From contig MU008164.1 of NCBI GenBank assembly GCA_010909165.1, positions 1,364,001 through 1,428,000 of the forward strand: 64,000 bases of DNA, written 5' to 3'. Below are positions 1 to 10,075 of this stretch, in pieces. The notes under the pieces were generated by a model. It saw nothing but the letters and a program-made list of their open reading frames with translations. It did no database searches and had not been told where the DNA came from. Position numbers and translations under genes: made by a program. Origin of the DNA: Anthoceros angustus. Its lineage: Eukaryota; Plantae; Anthocerotophyta. Within the stretch, counting starts at the first letter, position 1, and each line of letters begins with the position of its first letter.

Positions 1-170
1 TAAAGAGACACCACTGATCCATATAAAGATTCGCACATTAATGTACTATGTGACTTGTGACAAGTTGCACGAAAAAGTAGACTTGTAGCTTGCAGAGCAC
101 GCCAGTGAAGCAAGTAGTGCACGCCAGCCAGCGAAGCAAGAGTGAAGCAAGTAGTGCACGCCTGCAACGC

Positions 171-330
171 ACATTGCTCTTCCAAGTCTATTTATAATCA
201 GCCTAAAGTAGAGATGGCATTCCATATACATTGCTCTACCAAGTCTATTTATAATCAGCCTAAAGTAGAGATGGCATTCCATATACATTGCTCTACCAAG
301 TCTATTTATAATCAGCCTAGAGTAGAGTGG
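171..330. repeat. 57-bp tandem repeat, about 2.7 copies
   Basis: Unit ccaagtctatttataatcagcctaaagtagagatggcattccatatacattgctcta starts at 182, 239 and 296 (third copy diverges). Confidence 0.9.
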
Positions 331-1575
331 ACGGCATCCCATATTATCTTTTTCACTACGCACAAGTGCCAACAGACACATGGCCGAACCAACCTTCTGA
401 GTGGCCTTCATGAGCAGTACACTATATGTAGAGTATATTTTACTCTTGTGGGCTACAGCCTTCCATGAAAGGATGCATCTAGCAAGGTTATTGTGGAACT
501 GATATTTCCAGCCGAGTTGTTATCCACCCACAATCCGTACAATGTGAGCTGGGTTGAGAACTTTTGAGGCAGGTTCTTGCCAAGTCAGTGGAAGCATCGC
601 TCGTTCATCTCACCAACACTACCGTCGGCATGCAGACTGCAGTACAGGCTAGATAGGATTCCTTTGCCGTGTGATGCCGTCAAGGTAACGCTGTCCTTGG
701 ACCCAGTCATGACAAGCTGCAGTCAGCTTTCCACAAAGTACCGGTCGATGATGTCCCAAGAGTTGCACGTACGCTGGGGATGTGCCACACAACAGCTGAG
801 ACCTTGTGTTCCGTTTGTGACGGAAGCTTTTCCGGACAGGAGGCAGAGGGATAGCAATCCTTGGTTGCTGGAGTCTCGTAGAAAATGGATTAGCTAGACT
901 ACCTCTGTGTGTAGCCTGGCACGGGCATCACAGCTTGTACGCTGGTGATGCTAATATGCAGGGTTCATTACTTCTGAGGGGAGACAGGTAGCCTCATGAC
1001 GGACCTTCGGACAGAGATGAGGATACCGAGCCATTTATAACCAGTCTACAGTAGACATGGGCATATGTATCATTCCTAGAGAACTGTCACAAGGCAGATG
1101 CTTGTGAGTGGCTTTCAGGACCGGTACACTGTATCTCTTGTGGACCACGGCCCTCCCATGAGAGGATGAATGCTGGCAATACCAAGGTGTGGTCAGAGTT
1201 TCATAGTTTCGAGGCGAGTCATCCACCCTCAAGCCGTACAACGTGAGCTGTGTTGACAACTTGAGGCACGTTTTTGCCAAGTCAGTCAAGCACCGCTATT
1301 TCATCTCACCAACACTGCAGTGCAACCCAGATAGATTCCTCTGCAATGTGATGCTGCCAAGGTTGACGCTGTCCTTGAACGCTGCCAGGCAGCTTCCCAG
1401 AGAGTCATGCAACCCATTGATTTCCTACCAGCTGCACTTAGTGCTTTGCCACAACGCTGCGACCTTGTGTTCCGTTTGTGATGGAAGAGGAGGCAGAGGA
1501 ACAAGAATGCTTGGTTGCTCAAGTCTCTTAGAAAATGGATCTATGTACATATAGCCCTGGCACGGGCATCCGTGG
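300..1575. repeat. Two tandem degenerate copies (~720 bp period) of an unidentified repeat or decayed-gene unit
   Basis: Shared blocks ccatga(a/g)aggatg, atccaccc..a.ccgtacaa.gtgagctg, ttgccaagtcagt, ccttgtgttccgtttgtga and gaaaatggat...cctggcacgggcatc occur in both ~300-925 and ~990-1575. Confidence 0.75.
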
Positions 1576-2400
1576 CCATGGAAGCCACTAGGAACGCCAG
1601 AGCTACCTTCTCAGCGTGCCCACCACAAAGTACATCTTCCTCTTCCTTCTCACCCCGTGGCGTCAACACCAACTTCGTGGGAGGTACGTGGCCCCCTTCC
1701 TGCTTCAGACGTGCACTCGTGCTCTCTACCTTAAGCGCAATATCCTCTCTTCTTCCACCCACTAGAAATCGATGTGCCTGCTTTCTCACCTCATAGTTGC
1801 CACTGCAGGTTTCTTGTTAACTCCTGCTACCCTTCTTCTTGTTTCATCAATCCTGTCCACATCGGTCCACCTACCTGCATCTGCGTAGGCATTGGCAATG
1901 AGAACATATGAGGGCGCCTCGTGGGGGTCCAGCCTAACAAAGCTTTCGAAACACCAGATTTCCCCCTCTCTATCCCCGTGACATTCGCAGGCATTCAACA
2001 AAGACGTCAAGCCCACCACATTACTTTGGCCCTCACAGGACAGTACCATCTTCTCAGCCTCATCTCAATGGCCTGCACGCCCAAGAAGATCGATCATGCA
2101 GTTGTAACGCTCGATCCTGCTCCATTTGTCCACACAGAACAGGCACCTCATGTCTGAACCCAAGGGCTCGTGATACCCAGCAATCAGCGCCGTCCATGTC
2201 ACCACATCCCTTGTGGCCATGCCGTCAAAAGACCTGGCCTGCATCTTTCAATTGGCCAAATGAAGCATGCATGTCCACCAGTCAGTTGCCAACAAACAGG
2301 TCAGGAGGAATGCCGCTCTGCGAAACATCACACTGCACGTTTGTGCCAGATTCCAAGTCCGAGCCAAATGCACAAGCTTGAGTGACAGCTGAATTCACGA
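1575..2400 (-). pseudogene. PLS-class PPR pseudogene with E1/E2 and the N-terminal half of a DYW:KP domain
   Basis: Minus-strand translation gives DLFVGN*LVDMHASFGQLKDAGQVFDGMATRDVVTWTALIAGY, YNCMIDLLGRAGH*DEAEKMV, SYVLIANAYADAGRW, then KKPAVAT(I)EVRKQAHRFLVG (1-nt deletion) and LKQEGGHVP...LCGGHAEKVALAF. Two in-frame TGA stops; truncated before the CxxC motif. Confidence 0.85.
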
Positions 2401-4969
2401 ACACGTGAACATTCCTGACCTAAGCCCTGCTCCTGTCGACGACAATCGCTGGGAAATCCGTCCCCACCCCCACATTTTCTCGGAAGTGGAAGTGCTGGGC
2501 TCGTTGCGACCCTAAACCTCCATGCCGCCCAAATCGGATTTTGCCCGCCCTCCCAGGTTCAGGATTATCGCACACCTCGAGAAAAGCATCGTCACCCATC
2601 TGCATATCCAAGGAAACCACCTGCTCATCGACTCCAGCTGTCAAAAGGAAAAAATGGGATCAATTAGCTACTATTTTACTAAAATTTTTATAATAAACTT
2701 TATATCAATAGACGGCTCTTTACAAGGACTATCACCTCAAAATTGTTTTCAAACTTTAATTGTTAATATTTTGAAAGATATACGTAAGAAACTGCTATTT
2801 GGTATTGAGATGAAAAGTATGAGTGACTGTTTTGAGGTTAACCATAGGGCCTCGCCGGACCCCTGTTACGCAAGAAGTCAGCCAAACAAGAGCTCTTCTT
2901 ATCTCGTCTGCTGAAGAGTTCAATGGTTTTCATCCATCATCTTTAACTGAATAAATAATCATATGATACTTCAACAGATCTACCAAGTAAAAATAAATCA
3001 TACCTGGTATGAAGTTGAGTTGTATATCTGTTCAAAGTTAAAATAAAATTCATTATCAATGGGCCAAACTCCTTGGCAACGAGGGTGGGTCACTTCCTGA
3101 GAAGCAACACAAGCTCAACAGAGAGCATTCAAAAATAAAAGAAAAGATAGCACGGGTTCTTGTCATCTATTTTTTTGGTGTTATGTATATGTATATTAAT
3201 TAGTATTAATAAAAATAAAAAATTATTTCTTGAAAGATTAGGTTGAATTTGAATATCCAAACATATTCTACTTGTGATGAGTAGGCCATAAAGGTTGGAG
3301 ATGCAAAAAAATGGGAAAGTGTAAATGATAAGTGACAAAGGGCCTAACAACATAAAATCTATAAAAAAATAAAATAAGAAAATTCTTTGTCGCTTAGTTG
3401 GATTTACATATTCCTAGAATGAAAACCGCACATATGAGAAGTCCTATAAATATGTAATCCTTGGGTTAGTTCTTATTTTGCCAGCTATTCTCCCTGTGCG
3501 GGACTTTGTTGTATTTGTGACAAATCTAAAAAAGGACAAGAATGCTTTTGAGTTGACAGAGAGCTACCATATATGTTTATGCATGAGAGTTTAACCTTCA
3601 TTGAGTCTTTTAAGAGCTATAGCCAAGAAGTCTTGGATGATACACTTTGTGGTTGTAGCATTTGGCAAGTTATCAATATGTTTAAGTTGACAGAGAACTA
3701 GCATATACTTTATGCATGAGAGCTTAGCCTTCATTGAGTCTTTCAAAAGAGCTATGAGAATCGTGAGGAACCAGTGGGCTGGTTGGAGGCCCAGTGTCAT
3801 GTTGTGCCGTAGGAAAGGTTGCTCTATGAGATATTGTAGTTTCTTCGGTCAAGGGTGGGATTAAATGGGATTTCTAGACCGGATGTGCGCTCAATTCTCG
3901 TCGAGGTAGCAAAGATTTTTTAGTACAAACTTAAAAGATATATTGATCCAGTAAGATATTTTTTTACAATAAATTAGTATATATATTATGAAGGAATATC
4001 AGAAATAGAGTAGGAGATTAAACCGCATTCAGCATTAACATATCTAGATGGAAATTTTTGGGATTGCATAGGGCAACATCTTATTTGCGGGTTAACAATT
4101 TAGTATAATGATAACTACATAATATGATTATGTGATCTGTATAATTATAATTATAGACGAGAAAATATGAGACCAACTATATATGGTGGCAAACAACGAC
4201 GTTCGTTACTTAAAATTATAGATAGTAAGATACAAATTGTACGGACGAAGTTGTTAGGTTAATTGGAATGATGGATAGTGAAAATTTTACTAGAAGACAA
4301 AATCTGAGAACAATCATAAAAGATGGTGATAGTGAGAACATGAATAGTAACAATACATCCTGCCCATATGCTCTCATTCTTCATGCCTTGCAAATCCCTG
4401 CCCTGCACGGCTCAATTCCGCTTCCCGCACACTTCCCAGGACCATCTGCAGCTCTTCTTCAAAGGCCTCCCAGCTAACGCGGGATCCCCCGATCGACTGC
4501 ATTCTGTCTCGGGACGTGACCACCCTGCGATACCATCCTCTGCAATTACCGAGGTGAATGCATTTCTTACCAGCCGTCGCCCGCGGCCTCTTCTGACTTC
4601 TCTCCTGCTGATTACTCCTCATGAATCCAGTTCCTCGCAAGACACCATGTCTGATAACCTTGCCCGCAGCTCCCCAATCGTGGGCTACCCCTTACATGAC
4701 GCCGCTCAAGGATTTCCCATCTCCTCCCAGTACCAGTCGCAACCACAAGACGCAAACCCTGTCGGCCTTGGGTATTCAACAGGATGCTAACGGCGTCCCC
4801 CGCATCTGTCCTTGGACGGCTGACGACGAGGATGTCCTGGAGCCGCCCAACGACAATGGACCACCCAGACACGATGCCTTCAGGACAGCGCGCGGGTTGA
4901 AAGCATTACAGGCTGGTTACTCATGAAGGAGCATGGCCACACCGAACTCCCGCTGGCAAGATGAGTGAA

Positions 4970-6676
4970 CTATGGTAGAGACCAGTATAGCCCTCTTGTG
5001 AGTGTGGTGTATACCTCGGGACACTGGAATTTCTTCTTGGGGGGCTTTCCTGCTTGGTCTTGGATTTTGTTCTCCATCTCCCTGACCCTGCGAATAACGC
5101 TCGTTAAAATGCTCAACACATCCGCTGTCTGAGAGCCGTGAACGATGGCGGCCATCAGAGCTGTGATAAAGTGTGTGCCTTCCTTGACATCTCTGAAGGA
5201 TTCTTGTCCATGACTGGTGGAGAAAACAATGAGACAATCGCCCACAGAATGCAGGGCTCGGATTTCTCCGGCCCTCTTGCTCGCCACTTGGCTGCTCTCA
5301 ATTTCAGAGTCCTCGGCTTTCTTGCTTGTGGTAAGCCAGCCCCTGCCCCGACAAGCATTGATCAAAAACACCTTTGGCTTATCCGCAAGAAAGCTGGATT
5401 CAGTGATGGGCTTCAAGATATCATCAACAACATATAGCTTTTCGCCTGCTCCACTTATGATGATGTATTCCCTTCCATCCACCTCAATCCCCCCATGAGC
5501 ATTAATGCAACACAGAAAGCAGTCGTCGTCAGCTAGCTCGCGGACCTTCACAACCTGCCTAAGCACTTCTTTGATCTCCTCAGGATCGTCCACCACAATT
5601 TCGGTTTCAAACTTCAGGAACTCGAGAAGACCTTGAAGTCGCCCTCGGTCTACAGCTCCTCCAGATCTGTCCGTTTCCACGCTCACAATCAGTGCCAAAC
5701 CTCTCCGTCCGCCTGCTTGCACGCTGTGGTTAGGATAACTCCCAGCAATGTGTTGCACTTTCTGCACTTCCCTCTCTTCCGGGGATAGGTGTGTGGGAGT
5801 TCCATCAAACGACCTGCCACTGGATTTCAATCCTGCAACAGGTGCAACCTCAGAGTTTGCAAGCATGCTACTGAGAAACGACGTGTGCAGAAGCAGGACA
5901 CCTACACACAGGATTGAGAACAGCCACGAATTCGAACCTTGGAACTCTGCTTCGGGTCTGGCAACGTCCAAGCCCGGCCAGCGCCTCCCCACTTCCACTG
6001 CCTCTTCCGGAATCAGCACGAGGTCGCCCGGGTAGAGCACGTCCGGAACGCTGCCGTTCGATTCCCGCAGCTCCTCCAGCGTGAGGCCGAAGCGCACCGA
6101 GATCTTCCATGCCGAGTCGCCGGGCTCCACAACCACGGCCTTGGTCCGCCCGCGGCGCGTGGGAGCTGAGGGTGGATCCGCGCTGCGGGGAGGCCGTAGG
6201 GAGGCTGCGGGAAGTGCCACGGGCTTGGCCAGCGACACTGCGACGGATGAAGCTGCCAATCCTGGTCCGGAACACGGAGTTGAGGCGAGCGAAGCGGTTG
6301 CGGCACCAGAGGAGGAAGGCAGGCATGAAGATTCAGAGGAGGAGGATGGCTGGGGTGGCACAAAGAGCACTTCACCGGTGACGATGAGGTCTGATTGGAG
6401 GTTGTTCACCTGCTGGAGAAGGCGCCAGGGCACGTTCAGGCGCTGCGCCAACGTCCACAGCGTTTCTCTTTCCTTAACCACGACAACCGAGGAGGAGGAT
6501 GGCCGGGGTGGCACAAAGAGCACTTCGCCGGGGCAGATGACGTCTGAGTTGATGTTGTTCTCCAGCTGGAGAAGGCGCCAGGGCACGCCCAGGCGCTGCG
6601 CCAACGTCCACAGCGTTTCTCCTTCCTCAACCACGACAACCCCGCTGCCGGCGAGCCTGCCGCCAGGCGACGCCAT
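4970..6676 (-). CDS. Triple-LysM / caspase-type cysteine protease (peptidase C14) fusion protein; 568 aa ORF, or 533 aa if the 5833-5937 intron is spliced
   Basis: LysM-like repeats at aa 13-56, 64-107 and 180-223 (VxxGxTLWxLAxRxxV..L...N...DxIxxGxxLxxP). C14 domain aa ~324-565: RGLALIV, RSGGAVD, CINAHG (His394 at 5495-5497), KPKVFLINACRG (Cys442 at 5351-5353), DCLIVFST.HGQESFR...GTHFI.AL, QCPEVYTTLTRGLYW. No stops or frameshifts. Confidence 0.9.
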   Translation of the reverse strand: MASPGGRLAGSGVVVVEEGETLWTLAQRLGVPWRLLQLENNINSDVICPGEVLFVPPRPSSSSVVVVKERETLWTLAQRLNVPWRLLQQVNNLQSDLIVTGEVLFVPPQPSSSSESSCLPSSSGAATASLASTPCSGPGLAASSVAVSLAKPVALPAASLRPPRSADPPSAPTRRGRTKAVVVEPGDSAWKISVRFGLTLEELRESNGSVPDVLYPGDLVLIPEEAVEVGRRWPGLDVARPEAEFQGSNSWLFSILCVGVLLLHTSFLSSMLANSEVAPVAGLKSSGRSFDGTPTHLSPEEREVQKVQHIAGSYPNHSVQAGGRRGLALIVSVETDRSGGAVDRGRLQGLLEFLKFETEIVVDDPEEIKEVLRQVVKVRELADDDCFLCCINAHGGIEVDGREYIIISGAGEKLYVVDDILKPITESSFLADKPKVFLINACRGRGWLTTSKKAEDSEIESSQVASKRAGEIRALHSVGDCLIVFSTSHGQESFRDVKEGTHFITALMAAIVHGSQTADVLSILTSVIRRVREMENKIQDQAGKPPKKKFQCPEVYTTLTRGLYWSLP

Positions 6677-7079
6677 CGCCTCGCCCTAGCCGTCCACCTA
6701 ACCTTCCTCCTCCCCTTCCTCCCCGCCAGATTGCATTATCAGTGCTCCTAAACGGTTTCACGCCAGGGACGAACAGGAATAGCCGTCTACTGCACTAGAT
6801 GGCTGTCGCTGGAGTACCACTCCTGCTGGAGAGAGCCAAGCCAAGCCAATCCAAGCACAGCACAGCACAGCACATTGCAGACAGCAGAGCTACGACATTG
6901 CACCTCGTGTGAAGTGAAGGCACACACTGCTGCCTGGCTTGTGGAAAGATGCACCAAAAAGCGTGCATTTGGGATTGCATTGTGCTGGCCAGCGCGGAGT
7001 AGGCTGCACGCCTCTGCAGCTCAACACGCCAGTGGAGCAAGTGGAGCACGGCCCATCGCAATGCGCATCGTGCATTGTG

Positions 7080-7870
7080 CGGGACCTCGGGCCTTAACTT
7101 CCATGGAAGGTGCGATGCATCCTGGCAACTTCAAGGAACGTTGTTCTCGAATTTGATAGTGTCCAGCCGAGTTGTTATCCACCCCCAAATGCCAAGTCCG
7201 TACAATGTGAGCTTAGTCGAAGAAACGTTCTTGCCAAGTCATTGATCAGTCAAGCACCGCTGCTGCAGACTAGTGCCTGCAGGCTAGCCAGATAGAATAC
7301 CTATGCCATGTGATGTTGCCAAGGTGACGCTCTCCTCGGACCACGTCATGAATGGATGCAGTCAGCTTTCCACAAACAAGAATGCCACCAATGGATGTCC
7401 CACGAGTTCCTCGCAGACTAGTACTCTGCCACCCAGCTCACACCTTGTGTTCAACTTCCGTTTGTGATGGAAGCTGCTTTTCCGAGCAGGAGACCTGCCT
7501 CGTGAGGGACCTTCGGACAGAGATGAGAATACCGAGTAGTATCTATAACCACTTCTGCATGAAGGGACCAGACACAAGTCAGAAGTCGGCAGAATCGTGT
7601 GAGTGGCTTTCAGACCGGTACACTGTACCTCTGAAGTTGTGGACCACTGTCCATGAGAGGATGAATGCTGGCAATGCCAAGGTGTGGGCTCAACTCCATA
7701 GTTTCGATTTGGAGGCGTCATCCACCCTCAATCCGTACAGCGTGCGCTGTGTCGACAAGTTTTGGGCCTCCTTTTTGCCAAGTCAGTCAAGCAGGGATAA
7801 GCACCGATATTTCAGCTCATCAACACTGCACTATAGGATACGCAATGTGATTGATGTGATCCTCTGCCTC
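7080..7870. repeat. Paralogue of the 300-1575 repeat block (again two internal copies)
   Basis: ccagccgagttgttatccaccc at ~7163 matches ~508; ggaccttcggacagagatgag.ataccgag at ~7507 matches ~1001; catgagaggatgaatgctggcaat at ~7652 matches ~1157. Confidence 0.75.
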
Positions 7871-8169
7871 TTCTGCCTCCTTAATTGCTCTTAGAGCTCA
7901 ACTCCGCTAACAAAACATACATTTGAGGGATTCGACTATGCTGCGAGTTCTGCATGTCGCTCACCGAAAAGGTGTGCACGTACGTTCTCCGAAGGCCGCT
8001 GCTTGCTGCTCTTGCACGACATTACTGTCGTCCGACGTCACTCGCGGGATTCACAAGAACAGCCGCCGGGCCCGCCACCATTCATCGACATGGTGCAGGA
8101 GAGCCCACTGGTGAGCTAGGGCTGTCTGTTAGGCGGGAGAAGTTAATGTCCGTGGAAGACGGGGATGAT

Positions 8170-8526
8170 TTACTTCTTGTTGCAGTTGGATGGATCCTCC
8201 CTATCTCCGCCTCCCGGACGCTGTACATCATAGCCATCAGATTGTGCAACCAGACGGCCTGGAGTATCACTACGGAGCTGCCTTCCTACATGTAAAGATG
8301 CCACCCTTGCACATGCCTGAAGGAGGCAAACAACCGTTACGGAATTCGGTGCAATAATGCCTTCTTCTCGCATACCCCTGTAAAGACGAAGGGCTTCCTG
8401 TCCCATGCCCTTATGGAAATATCCTGCTATAATGGCATTCCCCATTCCTGCATCTTTCTGATGATGTCTGTCAAAAACGCCCTGAGCATCCTCTAGGCTG
8501 CCACACTTGGAATACATGCCTACCAA
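8170..8526 (-). pseudogene. PLS-class PPR fragment (one S-P-L stretch)
   Basis: MYSKCGSLEDAQGVFD...NAIIAGYFHKGMGQEALRLYRGMREEGIIAPNSVTVVCLLQACARVASLHVGRQL; closely resembles the repeats of the 25405-28614 gene; no gene context on either side. Confidence 0.8.
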
Positions 8527-8959
8527 ACGTCGACTCTTCGGGAAGCTAGCGAGCTGGAGGAACCCATTGTGAACATCATTTCAGGAGAATGAGGGTGCGG
8601 TGCGATCCTCCTTTGGATTAATCAAGGAGACTTGTGGCCAGGAAGCTGTTTTCGATGAACACGCAATGACGTTCAAATAGCTAATCTTTCTCAATGCATG
8701 GCCGATTGAGAAGATGAAAGATGCATTGGGTAGCCGGCGTAAGAGGAGTGTCCATGACATTTTTTGTTTTCTTGTAAATTTATTTGCACGACATCCTAAC
8801 ATCACTTCGAAGACTTTCTTTCTGAGTCTTTCTTTCTACAAAAGGAGGCATATGATTGGCGTTATTATTTTAATTTTCTTTCTGTAAGAAAAAATTATTA
8901 TAATATTATTTTTATGATCTTGATTTTTATTTTTCTGGAGGATCTTGTGTTAGTGTGGA

Positions 8960-10075
8960 GGAGGGAACCTTTCCTTTCCAAATTTCCTTGAGGCAAGCCA
9001 GGGAACTGCTTTCTACGGATGCTCGACGGGATTTTCCTCCTTTCTCGACATTTATCTCCGATGGCTTCAGGGGATTGCAGACTTGTTGCTTGAGATCCAG
9101 CTTGGCCAGGCTTTCCAGTCCGTCCTCTTGGACTCCTCCATCCTTAGGTCCACGAGAGCTCGGCTTCGCTCTTGTTCTAGTAAGGGCGCAGGCGCTTGGC
9201 TTCTTGCTCGTCCATGTATACGAGGTTTTGTCATCATACCAGTCACCTTCACCACTGCGATACGATTCCGTCTTGGCCTGCTTAGCCTGTGACGTCTTCT
9301 TTTCTTACTTGCGAGTGCAGCTCTGCCCTCGATGTCTCTGGGGTACACCTTGCTTGTTGTCCCCATAGGGGTCATTGCATCGCCACCCACGATGCTATCC
9401 GCAATGTCATATTCGTCATAGCTCGCGAAAGCGGCTACATGGCCTGGAGGGAGCGAGGGTACACTCTTCGAACAGGTCGCTCAATTAGGGCTGACTTGTA
9501 CTTTGTCCGCGGTGACTGGGTTTCAGTCGCGGACGTGGTGGTAACTGACCTTGCTCAAGACACCATCTCCGCCAGTTATCACTAACTGGCCCTAGTTGGC
9601 CGCCGCTTGCCGCGCTCTTAAGGTCAGAAAGTATAGCGGGATGCAAGCGGGCCACTTCTTTATTCCGCTCGAGAAATTCTTTACTGGCTGTTCGAGCCAT
9701 GTTATGCTACTCATAATGTCGGTGGTGGTATATCGAGATCTTGATCGTGAGGAACACATGTCCAAGAGTACCAAAAAGCACGGAGGAGCGTAACTTCCGG
9801 AGGATTGGGGAAACGCTTGGGATTGTGAGTCCATCTCACCCCTATCCCTCACCCCTCCTATCTACCCTCTACCTGTCTGATAACACCTCTTGCTTCTGTG
9901 ATGTTCCAGGCTCCATCCGTCGCTCTCGCGTGATCAGCCGGCTCCGTGATGTGGTGCAGTAGGTGTGCGGGTAGGGTGCGGATAATGTTGTGGAGCATCT
10001 CCTTTGAGCACTCCCACCATGAGGTGAGAGCATAGAGTCTTGACAACTCCCAGCCTTTTGCACTAGACTCTTATG
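8960..10075 (+). mobile_element. 3' fragment of a CRE-like non-LTR retrotransposon with a restriction-like endonuclease
   Basis: Frameshifted pieces SKGAGAWLLARP, AIRFRLGL, CECSSALDVSGVHLACC...HDAIRNV (CCHC knuckle), RADLYF...ADVVVTD (PD-(D/E)xK-like) and KVRKY, in the order typical of RLE-clade LINEs. Confidence 0.7.

Noticed and set aside
171-330. CRISPR-like array
   Set aside because: Units are contiguous with no unique spacers, there are no cas genes, and the context is eukaryotic.
3551-3760. ~134-bp degenerate duplication in AT-rich DNA
   Set aside because: Only two decayed copies with no element ends or coding signal.
4982-5705. Calling the protease an ordinary plant metacaspase
   Set aside because: It lacks the D(A/S)CHSG motif and acidic S1 residues, and has NACRG plus both caspase-type arginines.
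6008-6640. LysM receptor-like kinase or LYM-type GPI protein
   Set aside because: No signal peptide, no CxC spacers between the LysM domains, no kinase domain and no GPI-like tail.
5138-6689. Several overlapping ORFs (e.g. 6081-6689 +, 5868-6326 -, 6013-6375 -)
   Set aside because: Shadow frames of the GC-rich LysM-caspase gene with no recognisable motifs.
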